A stretch of DNA of 64,000 nt from Chlorokybus atmophyticus. Lineage: Eukaryota; Plantae; Mesostigma and Chlorokybus algae. The position numbers were made by a program, and so were the translations under genes. Location of the stretch: NCBI GenBank assembly GCA_009103225.1, contig RHPI01001965.1:511114-575113 (forward strand), read 5' to 3'. The stretch's first letter is position 1. Every line of letters begins with the position of its first letter. The notes below the pieces were generated by a model. It was not told the DNA's origin. It did no database searches and saw only the letters and a list, made by a program, of their open reading frames with translations. This document shows positions 47,150 to 60,699 of the stretch, piece after piece.

Positions 47150-49438
47150 TCAACCCATTCTTTCAATGTACAACATGGTGTTAGTGACAACCCCCGCTTC
47201 CACCAACGTGAGGTCCTTATCAACCGCCTGTAGCCTGCGCATGTGTGTGAGTATAAACACTCTGCACACAATCTCGTGCATCCACAACAAAACGTCCACA
47301 TCCGTGCACATACCTTCGTTTGCCACCGACACACGGCACCACAAGTGCAAACTCCTCCTCGCCTACCTGCTCCATCGACTCCACCTAAAATAGATACAAC
47401 GTAAGCGTGCCATACAATAACAACAACAATAACAACAACAATGACCAACTCTTACCCACTCAAACAGGGTGCTCACGCTGGTATCATAAAGCCACACCCG
47501 CTTCGCAGTCGAGCCATCCAACAACCGAACTGCCAACGCGACAGCTTTCGGGTCTGTGCGCGCGGGCTCGGGAGGCAGCAATGCACGTTTGCTCCCCTTT
47601 GCAGCCTGGTTTGTAAGCACATCCCTTAGCACGTGTCGTATGACCCACTCATAGTGATCAACCGATTATGTTGTTGTCGTAAATGTTGACAAAGTCACAC
47701 AACTGCTTACGCCCTTGCCTTGATAGCTTGCTCGCGCTCGGCTGCAGCCTCTAAATCACGCTGCCGCCTGGATTCCTCCTCGTGCAAACGCTCCTGCAAG
47801 CAAGCAAGCAAGCAGGCAACAACCGTAAGGAAATCACGCATGCTGACACCAGGTCAATGTCCCGGCCACAAGAACACCCTCCTTGACATTTACTGCAAGG
47901 TGTCCATGCCATGCACATTGCACCAACGGCACAAGTAACTCAGCAAACACGCCATGATCAGTCACCTGTTCTAGGCGACGGGCCTCTTCGCGCTCACGGT
48001 CTGCCTGCAATGACGCCTGGTATGCTTCGTCCTGCAAGACACGCGCGTACGTGTGTGCACTGGTTCAAGTGCATGATGCTCATCCATGCATCCCCCCGGG
48101 GGGAATCAAAGCGCCCGCACGCTGTATCCGTATGTAAGTGTGCCAGTGTGTGCATGCTTGCGTATGCGTGGACCACCGTCGCGCAACAATGCAGAGGTGA
48201 ACTATGCCTGTGATGTGCGCATGTAAGCACATGCTGCGTGCTGCTCACTCCAAAGCTAGGTGGTGTACCTGCTCTTTGCGCAGCAGGCTGTCGTACTCCC
48301 TTTGCGCCACTGCTGCATGCGCCGCCTCTGTCTGGTCAACAAATCAAACAGCACACATGCAGTCACCGAGTGCTGTCAAACCTGTTATGACAACTGAATC
48401 GTTTGTGTATGAAACACAGAGAGATTCTCTCACCAACTCCTGGCGCACGCTGTCGTCCAGGTGCTGCGCCCTTTGCCACTGCGCCGCGCGGGCTTCAGCT
48501 ACCGCCACTGCCTCCCTGCGCTCCCTCTCAGCCCTCTGAAAGCAAGACACGCATTGCATTCGCAACGTCCTCACCCACTATGTCACTATGCCAAGGCATA
48601 AATGGCAGTAACCACAACAGCTTCAATACACAACTCAACCTGGCGTAAAGCCAGAGCGGTGCGGTCTCTTAGCCGCCGCTGCTGCTCCTCACGCGCCAAC
48701 CCTGTGTACGCACTGTTTTCACACACACACACACACATGCATGCATGCTCGCACGCACGCACGCACGCACCCACCCACGTACTGACACATCCATGCACGT
48801 GTAAACTTCCAACTGTTTCATGCCACACTGGACAACACAGGCAAGAACACACTCCAATGCACACTAGCATACCAACACTGTCTTCCTGCGGCGTTTGTCT
48901 TCGCTGCAGCGTCGCGGCTGAGTCGCTGTCGGCAACATCAGCGGCGCCTTCTGCTGCGCACGCACCCAAGAGAGAAAAGCGGTGTTGACTTGACATGGTG
49001 GTTGACATAGTTCAGATTTCCAGAGCATGTGTGTATGATGAAATTCATGTGCGATGGCGCTGAGCCTTGCGCTAGTTACTGGTTGGTATCCAGCACTTTT
49101 GCGTGACTTGGAATTTGGTCAACGGACAACCAAGGTGTGGACCATGTATTGTTATCATGGGTGAAATGAGGTCAGGTCCCACTGCAGCCAAGGACGAGGC
49201 ATAGCAAAAGCGACAGCACAGCGACAAGACCTTTCTTGGCATGAAGGGGGCTGGCGTATGAGATTTCTTTCCCTTTGTCCTCGTGCTGGTGCTGGTGCTG
49301 GTGCTGGCTGCTATCCATCCCCCTCCCGACGACGAGCCTGCGCGTGCCGCTGCTTCCCCGCTTCCATATGGTGGCGGTGGCGGCGATGACGACCAGCACC
49401 AGCATCAGCACCACCGCCGCCGCCGCCGCCCATGGCAT
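47150..49438 (-). CDS. UBX-domain protein (p97/CDC48 adaptor) with N-terminal hydrophobic segments and a coiled-coil
   Basis: The N-terminus has MPWAAAAAVVLMLVLVVIAATATIWKR and GLVAVLSLLLCLVLG. Charged helical exons follow (AREEQQRRLRDR, AERERREAV, QDEAYQASLQADRERE). The UBX-like end reads ALLPPEPARTDPKAVALAVRLLDGSTAKRVW...TLFEWV and KDLTLVEAGVVTNTMLYIE. Internal exon joins are not fully resolved. Confidence 0.8.
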
Positions 49439-49943
49439 GGTCGGTGCCACACTCGTCAGCACGCTTGCTGCAACAGACCAACCTACAACCGAGTGTTGGG
49501 ATGTCCCAGCTCCGCGTGTGGGTAAAGCATGTTACTGAGTTGCCCAGTCATCGCAGCAACACAGCGGCAGCAGCAGCAGCAGCAGCAGTCGTCTGCTGCT
49601 GCTACTACTTCCTTGTCACCTTCTGGGCTTGATTTGTGCATGATGAACCCATCTCTGCGTATAATCGTGGAGATAAGGGCAAGAGGGACGAGCGCCTGTG
49701 TCCGTGCCATCTCGGAGCTTGCAAGTCAAGTGTGTTTTTTGCTGTTTGCATGGGACATTGCGATGCAGAAGTGCTGGTGCTGCTGCAACTACAACAGCAA
49801 TGATACGGGCGTGCACGCAAATATAGGCTCAGAGACCCGCACGTGTTTCTTGAGAGCACGAGCATGTGTGTACCCACTATGACCTCCAGGCTATCAAATG
49901 TGAGTACAGCATGCACATAACAGTGGAGAAGTGCTGCTCGGAG

Positions 49944-50015
49944 AAGATGCTTATGCTTCGAGTAGGGCAGCACATGCATGCACATATGCTGCCCTATTCG
50001 AAGCATAAGCATCTT
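49944..50015. other. Near-perfect 72-nt inverted repeat (33-bp arms, 6-nt loop)
   Basis: Left arm AAGATGCTTATGCTTCGAGTAGGGCAGCACATG (49944-49976); right arm CATATGCTGCCCTATTCGAAGCATAAGCATCTT (49983-50015); 31 of 33 positions Watson-Crick. Confidence 0.9.
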
Positions 50016-50317
50016 AGGCAACCAGATATGTATGAGTATTGCCCTAACCAACCGGCACACCATGCACTTTGCACGCAGACCTCTCAGACAAGGCTGATTT
50101 GCTGAGCAATACCGGTCGGGGTCAGCAGTTGATGCTGGTAATGAATGCTTTGCGATCGGCAAGGCACGAACACATCTTGCTTTGAAAGAATGTACAAAGG
50201 GTGCAGCCCAACAGAGCTCCCGTCCAAGCGCCGCAAATTTTCACCATCATTGAAGCGCCGAACCAACCGGTTACGACCCTGTAACGCTAAACCCTGCTCG
50301 TGACAAAATGACGCTGC

Positions 50318-53100
50318 TCATGGCATTGGCAAAGGGTCAAACATCTTTCCAGCGAGCTCAAACTCGTCCGCCTCTGTCCCGCCCCACCTCCCGTGCCGAT
50401 CTTTGCTCAACTGCGGGGAAGGAAAGGGAAAGAGACACACAGGCAGCGGGTCACGAGAGAGCGGCAGCACTGAGCAATGTGTCCATGCGAGTGGGTTGAT
50501 GTCACGGATCTTGAACCTTGCGTAACAACATGATGTCTATGGTATTCGCATGCTGCATGGCGATTGTGTGCGCGTCAACCCGCTGAGTTTTGTTGCTGTT
50601 GCAGTTTGGGTGAGGTGGTAACAAACAAACGTACGAGCTGTCTTGACATAATAGTACTACCTACGATACAACCTGCGACTCTGGTTTTATTTACATACAC
50701 ACGCACACACACACACCAATTCCAAACTCCCCAACCAGCAAACCAACTCCAGCAAGTGTTGTCTTAGACCACACACAAACACACACGTCACACATCATCG
50801 AGTGTCAACGCGCTGGGCACGGACGCTGAGCATACCTTGCTGAGGTAGTTGCGGTCCGTTGCGATCTGCTCGTCCGCGGCTTGCAGCTTTGAGGCGATGT
50901 GCATAACCCTTTGCAAAAGTCGTAACATCACAGTTAAACATCATGCTAGATCCAGTCCTCCAATTTCTTGGTGTTGACACGCAAAGCACACATGGTGTCA
51001 ACCAAGTGCTCACCGTTCGATGTCATGCTCGAGACGCTTTGTTGTCTCCCACGTGTTATATTGCTGCGAGTCCTCATTGAAACTGACCATGCCGTCTTTT
51101 TGATTGATTGTTGCAAAGATGTCTCCATCTTCAATCTAACACAATGACGCACAACAGTATGCAAGCATACCACACTGCTGTCCACTTGAACAACACAACA
51201 TAAGCACACATGTATGCGATTGAACAATCTGAACCCAAAGATGTCGCATTGCACAAGAAAAGCATTCTATCCACAAAATGTGTACAAAAGAAACACACAC
51301 CATGTAGCGAATCCTCCTCTCTGCGTCGGCATCGCTCTCCAGCCTTACGCTCCTGGCGATGTCGCGGAGGCTGAGCGTGAGGTACGTCTGCGTGAGGCGC
51401 TGGATGTTGCGCGAGTGCAGGCTATCTATGCACTGCTTGGCCAGCCCCAGGTTGCCGTCCGCGTCAAACACCTTGTGATGGTGACAAAACACATGCACAA
51501 CTTAGAACAAACACACATTTGGTCCCTTTTCAATTTCACAGCCAACAACATGTACCCTTGCATGCTTGTCGATGACTCGCTTAAGGTCATCAACGTTGCG
51601 CGCAGCGTATGAAGTGGACAACTCCAAGTACTCTTGGCAGCCGGTCTTCGCATTGCGTTGAACCACCGCAGATGTGTACTTTGGGAACGAGCTTGGCACC
51701 TGCGGGACAGTATGCACATAACAACACGACACACAATCAACAAGCGCACAACAACCAGCGGCAAGCACACCCAACCTGCCACGCACCTGGCCGTGCGTGA
51801 TGAGGGAGAGGATGATGTACTTCTTGTAGGCGGCAACGGCGATGGCGCTGAGGGACAGAGCGGGCGCGGTGAAGGCGTGATGGAACAACTCGAGGGCGCG
51901 GTGGTACCGCTTCACGCCCGTGTAGACCATCCCACCGTAGTAGCAGTACAACAAGTAGTCCCGCACGCCCACCGCCGTCGCACGCGGCTCCACGTCGTAT
52001 ATGGCCTGGTCCAGCACCGGCAGCGCGGCCCCGTAGCACTTCGCTAAGATACTCACCTATTCAAGCATTATTGGTTTGTTGTCACATGCGCGTTGGTCAC
52101 AAGCAGTCTTGTGACAAATGTGTCCTACCTTGCAAAGTTCTGCGTGCATGGGGGTTAGGTGCTCTGGTGTCGGCCGCAGATGCTCTATGGCGATCTGCCA
52201 CACAATATTGGTATGTCTAGTACAAAGGTGCAATGGGTAGAAGGAAGACAGGCAAGTGTGTACCCGCAGTGGCAGTATGGCTCTTTTGGGTTGGTGCATG
52301 GCTACGCACACGTCCGTAAAAGCTTTACACAAGCTTGCATCTGCCACGCACCATGACTGGTTTGCTTTTAATGATCAAACATGCAGTGGGCTTGGTGAAA
52401 GTGCATGGGAAGCACCTACATTTGTCCGGGATGAGGCGTATCTGCGCGGGGTCTGCTTCCGTCAACAGAATGGTCGCTTGCGACAACCACAAGTCTCTTT
52501 TGGTAGGGAAACCGGGCGCGCAGGCGAGCACATCACTGCAAAAAAGCACATGCAGGCATAAACAACATTGCTCCATGTGTGCCGCGCTGCAGTACATGCC
52601 ATTCCACATAAAGCCATTGGATATATGTGGGTGGCAGCAAGGCTAATTCAGCAGAATTGATATTGTCTCTGTCAAAACAGCGCACATGGTTTTCCAGCAA
52701 CGTCGTAGGCAGACAAGTTACGTTTGAGCACATACAGTGTCTAAATATGAAACCCTTATGCTGTGTTGCTGAACTTGATATGCGATCAATTCCTCAACAG
52801 CGCAGCGCAACAACGGAGCTAGCTGCCAGTGCGGCTTGTGTGCTGCATTTGCCTGAGTGATGTGTAAGTATAACAAGCCCACAACAGCAGCATGCGGCCT
52901 CACAGCAGGTAGACGGCGGCGAGGGAGTGGGAGGCAGGATGGAGGGCAGAGACGTGCGAGTGCAGGTCAGGGAGGGCGCGGGCGAGCACGCCGGCCTCCT
53001 CTGCGAAACGCAGGTTCTGCAGCACCGCCTCCGGAGGCGCGCCCCCCATCACCAAGCTCATCACCGCGTGCAGCGACGGCGGCGCCGCCTCCGCGGCCAT
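50318..53100 (-). CDS. CSN3: COP9 signalosome subunit 3 (PCI domain)
   Basis: Exons encode LHPASHSLAAVYLL, ADPAQIRLIPDK, PEHLTPMHAELCK, DYLLYCYYGGMVYTGVKRYHRALELF, APALSLSAIAVAAYKKYIILSLI, DGNLGLAKQC...RNIQRLTQTYLTLSLRDIA and IEDGDIFATINQKDGMVSF. Last exon 50410-50318. Confidence 0.95.
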
Positions 53101-54125
53101 GATCGCCCACGCTCACGACGACGCCGACGACGATGGCGCTGCAGCTGACGCCCGCCCGGATGCACTAGCGGCTAAGTCCCTGGCTTCCGAACGCAAGGAA
53201 ATGCAACTCGAGTTCCTTTACATGCCAGAAACTTGCCAAGTGCGAGCGAGCGACCGGCGCAGTGACATTGCATAAAGCAAATAGATGCACAGTAGATGCA
53301 AAGTGTGGCAAATGCAAGCACACGGAGCAAGCAGTCGCATTAACACGATTAGGGGGGGCCCAGACCAGCGCTAGACAGCATAGGCTAGTCTGTACCACAA
53401 ACAACAGGCAGGGCAAGGCAGGGTTGATGGCAAGCACAGCGAGCAGGCAGAGCGGGAACAACCTGCACAGCAGAGGCGTGGATGTCAGGCTTATCCGCAG
53501 CAGCACCCAAGACCTGGACGACCACGACTGACTGGGCTCCAGCATGGATAATTGTTGCACAGCCCAGTAATTTTGTTTGCGTGTGCACCAATCTCACTGG
53601 CAAGTGACCCAATTGGATGGAAACAAGTTGAGCTTCTGGCAGCAACGTTGCATCAACACGCAGGCACTGGCTTCTTGTGTTCACTCGTGTTGTGAAATTG
53701 CCGGGCATAGCCCAAGACTGTGACATGGCTTGCGATGACAATGACAGTACATCTGTAGGCCACTTTGAACTTGGACAGATGGTCAGAGAGGCATCTTGGT
53801 TGCACTGCATGCACCACCCTAACAGGCGGTGACATGACCAACTGCTACACAAACACATCCACATTCAGTCCATGTTATGCATCTTCACACATCCCGCACA
53901 GTGTGACTGCCATTGCAACAGGTGTCATACAGCCATGAGCAGCGACACAGCCTTGCAGCATGAAAGTTTTCATCTGCAGACACACGCAGGCCATGTGTAT
54001 TTGTCACCAATACACACTCCACACTCCACCATCTACTTAACCCTAGTCTCACCCAACAACTTATACTCGGTATTTACCACAACAAGTAATAGCAACATGG
54101 AGCCATCAACACCCGCAACTGCGAG

Positions 54126-56812
54126 CTAACCAGTGCACTCATCACCGTGCCAAAGTCCAAGATTGACAAAAGTTTGCTGCTTTTCTGGCCCATGAGTGTA
54201 GCCCAGGTGCAACGCAACAAAACCGGCCAACTCGGGGAGTGGTCCCAAGCACCTGCAGCTCTTCCACCGGCTTGGCACGGGTGTCCGGTTGGGGGGCAAC
54301 GTCATCTGCAATCTGAGATAGTCGTTCACGTACAAGTTGTCATCCAGCAAGTTGTACACCAGTAGCTCCTCCGGCTTCAACACGTACACGCGGTTTCGAA
54401 TGGGTGGCCAAATCTGCCGCCGCTCCAACACCTGGTTCCACAATTCTTGCTCCCACCACATTGTATTCAACTCCTGCACACAGGACTTTGATCAGCACGC
54501 CTGATTAAACACTAACAACTGTTGTAAGAGACCACACATGCGAGTGCCCTTTTGCCATGAGATAACCAGCAGCATTACCTCCATGTGGTACAGCATAAGA
54601 TCCAAGATCCGAAGGGAGCGCGGGTTGCTCATCACAAACATCAACCCCGTCGATTGGCACGGCACATCTGCGTGATGATATGGGTTACAGTAGGTGTGGA
54701 CATATTTCGGGAGCGGTGGTCGGTTAGGAATCTTGTAATCGGACAGCGCCGCATAGTCAGCAGTTCTATTCCAATGCTGGAATGGGTTCTGCAGGAACGC
54801 GACATCCAGATCGGAGAAAATGGCATTGTACCCGCGCTCGATCATAAGCTTCAGGAAATACCACTTGGTATCTACCGCAACAACACGAGTGGCAACCTCA
54901 CAGCGCTTGACCATCCACTGTGTGTCGTCAATGAAGCATCTGATGCCATGCCTCCACGCCAGGCGGCAGGACTCCGGCGTGACTCCAATTAATAGCACGT
55001 TCTCTACACCAACATTGCGAAGGTGCCATAAAAACGTCTTGACCCACTGGAGGTAGCTGCGATACACAGCAGACAATACTTTAAACTTCGCCTGATGCAT
55101 CAGTATGCGTACACAATGCATTGCATCTGCTGTCGATGCCGTTTGAGACCAGCAAAAGCTACCACACGATGGCACACTGCCTGTATATCAGGGACATGCA
55201 CACTAGCTGACTAGCGTGCAAAGGCAACAATAAAAACAGCACATATGGACATATGCACAAAGGCATACCTTTCACTGGAGAACAACCCAGTCGTGAAGAT
55301 GATGTCCCGCTGAGGCGTGGCCAGCCTTGACAGTACGTAATCCAGGTTGTCCTCCCGTATCCGAAACCCGAGCTCATTGCACCAGTCTGCACCTCCGGGT
55401 GAACTGGCCAGGGCATCCTCGTCGCAGAGCGGTATAGACGGACCAACGGGTGCTGGCTCCTCAGCGTCACCAAGTGTACAGGTCCCTGGCGCTGAAGTCC
55501 GGGGAACGTATGTCGGAATTGTGATATTGGGAGTCAGAGGCTCTCGCAGAGTGGGCCTCACTTCGCTGGAGACAACCATCTGTGGCTGAGAGACTTGGAA
55601 GACTGTTCTGGGGTCTACAGCAAGTTCGGGAGATAGCGACACCCAGGCTGTGAGATTTATTGCAGACACCAGGCCTGTTGTGTTTCTGGCAAGTTGCAGC
55701 ACAGAGGGAGACGCCTTGCTGGCACACAGAAGCAGATTGGTCAGCAGATGTGTACAACAGTCGAGGGACAAACATACATGCAGTGCGCGACACAACAAGG
55801 GGAAGCTACTTGGGTCAGGGGCGCAAACAACATAGACAACCGCACTGCATGTCAGCAACCATCACCACCAGCCTTCCAACTTGATGACGAAGGCAGGAAG
55901 TATGCATATCTTGTGGGATGAGACCTAACACGCATGCATTGCACAGCGTGTTCCTCAAATATGATGACCAGTTGAAAATGTAATTGCTAATGCTTGCAAT
56001 TGACCAAAAGCTAGTAGTAGGAGGACCAAAGCTTCTTAGAGTCTCATGCACATCGGCAAAGTGCTTGTGCGGCGGTCATGGCCATGCAAGAACCGTTGCC
56101 CCATGCGAGCACCGTTGCCCCATGCGAGCACCGTTGCCCCATGCGAGGGCGGTCGGTGTATGCTGCTTTATGTGCGACCTTTACAGACCAGCCATTGCTT
56201 GACAAGTTTGAATCAGTGTCCAGGACCATATAATCAACGTTGTGAGTATATGGACGTACAGAAAACCCATTGCTGAAGACAGTCGACCCAGCGATAGCTT
56301 GTGGTTGTCACAAATTCAATGCAGAACAGATGTGCACACGCTGTTGATTGACAGCTGCTCGTTCGACCATTTGCACAGCGGAACAGAGCTGACCTTTGAA
56401 ACAGTTTACCAACTGAACTGACTTGCAACCAAGTGGGACTGAAACAACAACGCTAACAGCAGTGAATGCCCGCCAGCACGGTTGAAACCGGCCTACGCCC
56501 ACAATGCGTGGACTACGATGTGGCCAAAGGCTATGCATGGCATGCAGCATAACTGTAACCGGCGTACTGGTTACATGGTGAACTGACTGCTGACGAGCTC
56601 AATGACTATTCCCGCAGCAGGCAGCCACCGAAAGCCCTTCACGCTAGTGTTGCTAGCACATACCTTGTGTCTGTATGGTCGAGCAGCTGCAGTGAGAACA
56701 GCGCCATGATAAGGACGGCCGCCGTGAGAGCAATGACAGCGATGCGGAAGACCGTTCCCAGCATGGACGTCTTGCGCTGGGGACTCGCAGGGACGCCATT
56801 ACGGCGCAACAT
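54126..56812 (-). CDS. Golgi type-II membrane nucleotide-diphospho-sugar transferase (GT77/Nucleotid_trans-like)
   Basis: First exon 56812-56664 gives MLRRNGVPASPQRKTSMLGTVFRIAVIALTAAVLIMALFSLQLL (short basic tail plus TM). A Pro/Thr-rich stem precedes the catalytic region KTFLWHLRNVGVENVLLIG, KWYFLKLMIERGYNAIFSDLDVAFLQNPF (DxD), STGLMFV, WEQELWN, ALHLGYTHGPEK. Stem exon joins are approximate. Confidence 0.85.
56092..56147. repeat. 19-bp minisatellite x3 (ACCGTTGCCCCATGCGAGC), intronic
   Basis: Units at 56092, 56111 and 56130, with no spacers. Confidence 0.9.
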
Positions 56813-59800
56813 GTTAGCGGCGCAGACGCTGTGCTCCTGCTGCTGGTCCTCCGCCTCCTACTCGTCCTGTAGCTTCAATTACTCCGCCTGTCCCTGCTGC
56901 TTAGCCTATTCTTCTTCACGCCTTCCCCTCTCAGCAGCATGAAATAGTGTTGATCCAGCAGGGTAAGCACACTCAGCAGTGTCAAATCAGCTGACATGAA
57001 GTCCAGCGACACACGCGTCAGCTCCTCCGACGCTCACAGCAATGCCCTTTCTCCAATGCGCGAACTGAGATAATGGCAACCATATGTGTGGACACCAGTC
57101 GTTCCAGCCAGCGGCAAGAGCACAATCCTCTTCTCAGCACAAGCAGTCACCTCGGTCGCCAGTCACATCAACGACACAGGCTATGTCCCGTTCACAGTCA
57201 AGCTGTCACTGCTTATAGCACTTTGATCACAGTCATCTCCTGCCTGTAAGGCGTGATGTTGTCACCAAATGCACCACGACCACACCGCCGCTATGCTCCC
57301 TGCCGACAGCGACGACGAAGCTGACGGTGACATGGGCACCAGCGCTAGCAATGATTCCGCCGATGCTCGACATGGTCACGACCGAGTTTCGATATCGATG
57401 GTGCACTCATGATACCAAGCAAACGGTGCGTGCGGGTTGTACAGTGTACAGTGTACAGTGTACAACCCAAAAAGTGTAGCGCGCTCCCAATGGCACCCAT
57501 ATATGGCACTACACGCTGGCAGGGCAAATGGTGTCGCTGGAGTGAAATACAGCTAACGTTTATGCTACCACAATAAATGTAACGCACGTCTAGCATAATG
57601 CTTCGAGTAGAAAACCGGAGTTGCGATGTGGTCTCATCCCGCTGTACATGCACTGCATGTTCTTCTATACATTGTTATTAATTGCAAAGCTACGTCATAA
57701 TGTGCGAGTGCTCAAGCAATGGTACAAGCTTAGCATTCTATCATAATGTATAGAGTTAACATAGTTGCTTTGAAACATGCATCTACATTGCTCTACGTAA
57801 ACACACAGCAATTTGCTTTAATGCTATTATCGCAAGCCAGCATGATAATTAATAATTATGGTTTGTAGCAGCCACGCCCAAGTATACACAAGCTACATGC
57901 GTGTCAATACTAAGATCGAACACCCCACCTCCCATAGCATAGCATTCAAAAACTCGGTCACCATGAGTTTAATAACATAAGACATTATTGCTAACAATTT
58001 TGAGTACGTTATTGTCAAGACGTCTGACACACATGCATATAATAGAATAAAAGGGTCATATGAACAATCGCTTTGCTTTTAAAAGCAAAGCACACAGATT
58101 GCAACTCGACTTGTGTGTTGCCTTGTCCATGCCAATATTATATTTGCGCATGATGCAATGCTTGTGAATACATTATGAGATATAGCTCATTATCACGAAT
58201 AATTTTATGATTATCGTCATACAACATGTATAGTGCCATGGATTGTAACATGATAAATAGGCCTGAATGTTATTATTGATTATAATTAAACTTAATATGA
58301 TCCTTGTGAGGTAAGTAATGTATCGCACCATGAATGATACTCGTTACTCAGGTGGTGATGAATAACAATATGCCTATAACGATTAACGCCAATACAATCT
58401 ATGCGTAAAATCATACGGAACATCATGGTCCCTAGGAAGGCGTTTCACTTGTTAGCTCATGCCGTATGAGCTTATTGTCAGTCTGATGATCAGAACGATG
58501 TAGTCAGCAGACGTTATGTTTCCTGCGGTATCACCTGCGTATACGTTACAGTAGTGTTGGTATGAAGGCATTGTTGGCGCGCTGTGTGATAGTGCACACG
58601 TCAAGCCCGCCCTGTGCGTGATTGCTGATGATGAGGCAGATTGCCACCGTACGCATCTTTCAAGTACCTCAATGCTTGGCATTTGTAAGCGACCCGCAGC
58701 CGCGATTTTGCCGCATTTGGAACGGCTGCAGGGACAACAGCGCTGGCTGTCTGGGAGGACATTTCGTCCTCAACAGGCTCAGAAACCGGAAACCGACAAA
58801 GTTCAGCTGTAAACATGACTCATTGGCGACAAACGTGCCTGTTGCCGTACTGTTGTGCCTTGCCAGCGCGTTGCCACCGGGGAGGTCAATCGTCCCGCAT
58901 GGATGCATGCACCCATAATCAGCATTTTTACCACATTGGGCAAGAAGCGTGACCTTGGAACGACTCCTCAGCTCCCCACATGTGCCACTTAGGCCTACAG
59001 CTGCGTAAAACTCTGTTTTCAAGTAACCCCGAGCTGATAAACCTCACGTACGCTGATAAGCTGATACTACACAACAACGCGTGGTGGTAAGGCCTACCGG
59101 TATAGATATGTGATTGTCATGTGGAATATGGTTAATAAAACTGCACAACTTACATTTGTTTGTGGATGTGTAATGGTAATTTGCTACATTTGGGTTGTCA
59201 CAACACGGTACACGGTAGTGCTTGGTGATGATCATCGATTCACAAGCCGCTGACGGCGATAACAATTAAGGCGATGTGAGACGGTAAAGTGTATACTATA
59301 GTATATGTAGTGCAACATACATTTTGCATTATTAAAATCTAGCATACATGTTAATGACCCAATATATAAGATAGTTAAGACACATACTCATGCTTGGGCG
59401 AGCACCCTTAGCTATTTTGTGTAGTGATTGAAGACTTTACATGATTCACAAGAGTTGGGTACACACGCAACATATTGCATATAATCACGCACACGTTCAC
59501 TGTACTGATGCACATATATCAAATGGCGCGCCAGTACACACTTTATCGTACAAGTGACTTACAATGCTTGCAGGTTACGCCCGCTAACTTATTAACTCAT
59601 ACATTTGCTTTAGGTGCTCGTATGTTTGCCCACGCGGCATGCACCTTATCATGCATACATGATGAGTGGCATGTTACAAATTGCATAAGCATTCATGCAA
59701 ATTTTTCAGCCAATGTATACTATATGCATACATAGTGCTAGTGCGATATTGAAGTCAAGTTATGTTATAAGCTTTTACTCGAGTTCAGCTCAAATGAGAC

Positions 59801-60699
59801 TATGCTTATCGCCATTGAACTGACAATAATAATATGATGACATTAAATCACAAAGTCCCATCGTCGTGATCATGAAGTGCCATGTAGTGCCCGATAACAT
59901 ACATGTACTCTGTTAATCATGATATCGTGATCAACAAGCACCATGCTAGGTTTGTATGCCATTATAGTAAGACATCATGTGATAATTCAATAACAAAGCA
60001 ATTATTTATGCTTATTTATATATCACGTACTAGCTTTGTGGAAAGCTATATGGCATATGTGCTTACAAACCCCGTTTGCACCAACGTTTTATATAGAAGC
60101 TGACTTTGCGCTGCAGTTGTTATATTATATTAAATATATTATACGAAGGATTAGAGTAATAAACATGCTGTTTACTTCAACGGATTATAAAATCCTATAT
60201 CGTGTGCAAATTGAATGACATGAACGGCTTTAGCCTTATAATTATACACTTGATGTGTATAGCATGAGGCTCATACTATGAGCTTGTGCAGCGCGTGGTG
60301 TGCGTATCATTTGCTAACTACGCGCTGAATGACCATCATTAAGCGCATGGTGCACATGATACATACGGCACGATATAACCTTACATTATATGTTTAAGAA
60401 GTCTTTGGTATTAGCCTTAGCAATAAGTGGGCCACTGGATTTGCAACGGCTATAGTATTGAGGTGTGTGCGTTGATCATGCATATGCACGATTGAGTATT
60501 GCTAGTTGTGGATGCGGTTATAGCATATCTCATACATCATAAAACCATATAAATTTAGTACAATGATAACATACAGTATGGTGATGTATTTGTATACTTT
60601 CGTAATGTGTTATAGAAATTTGTATAAAAACCTTGTATTTTTATGAAGAATAAAAAACTCACATAATTATGTAAACGAGGCGTTTTAGGGATATGATGA

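Noticed and set aside
47150-53100. UBX and CSN3 adjacency as a ubiquitin-system cluster
   Set aside because: Two neighbours from a very large functional class; no shared regulatory evidence.
56092-56147. Short direct repeats as a possible CRISPR array
   Set aside because: Units are contiguous with no spacers; eukaryotic intron; no cas genes.
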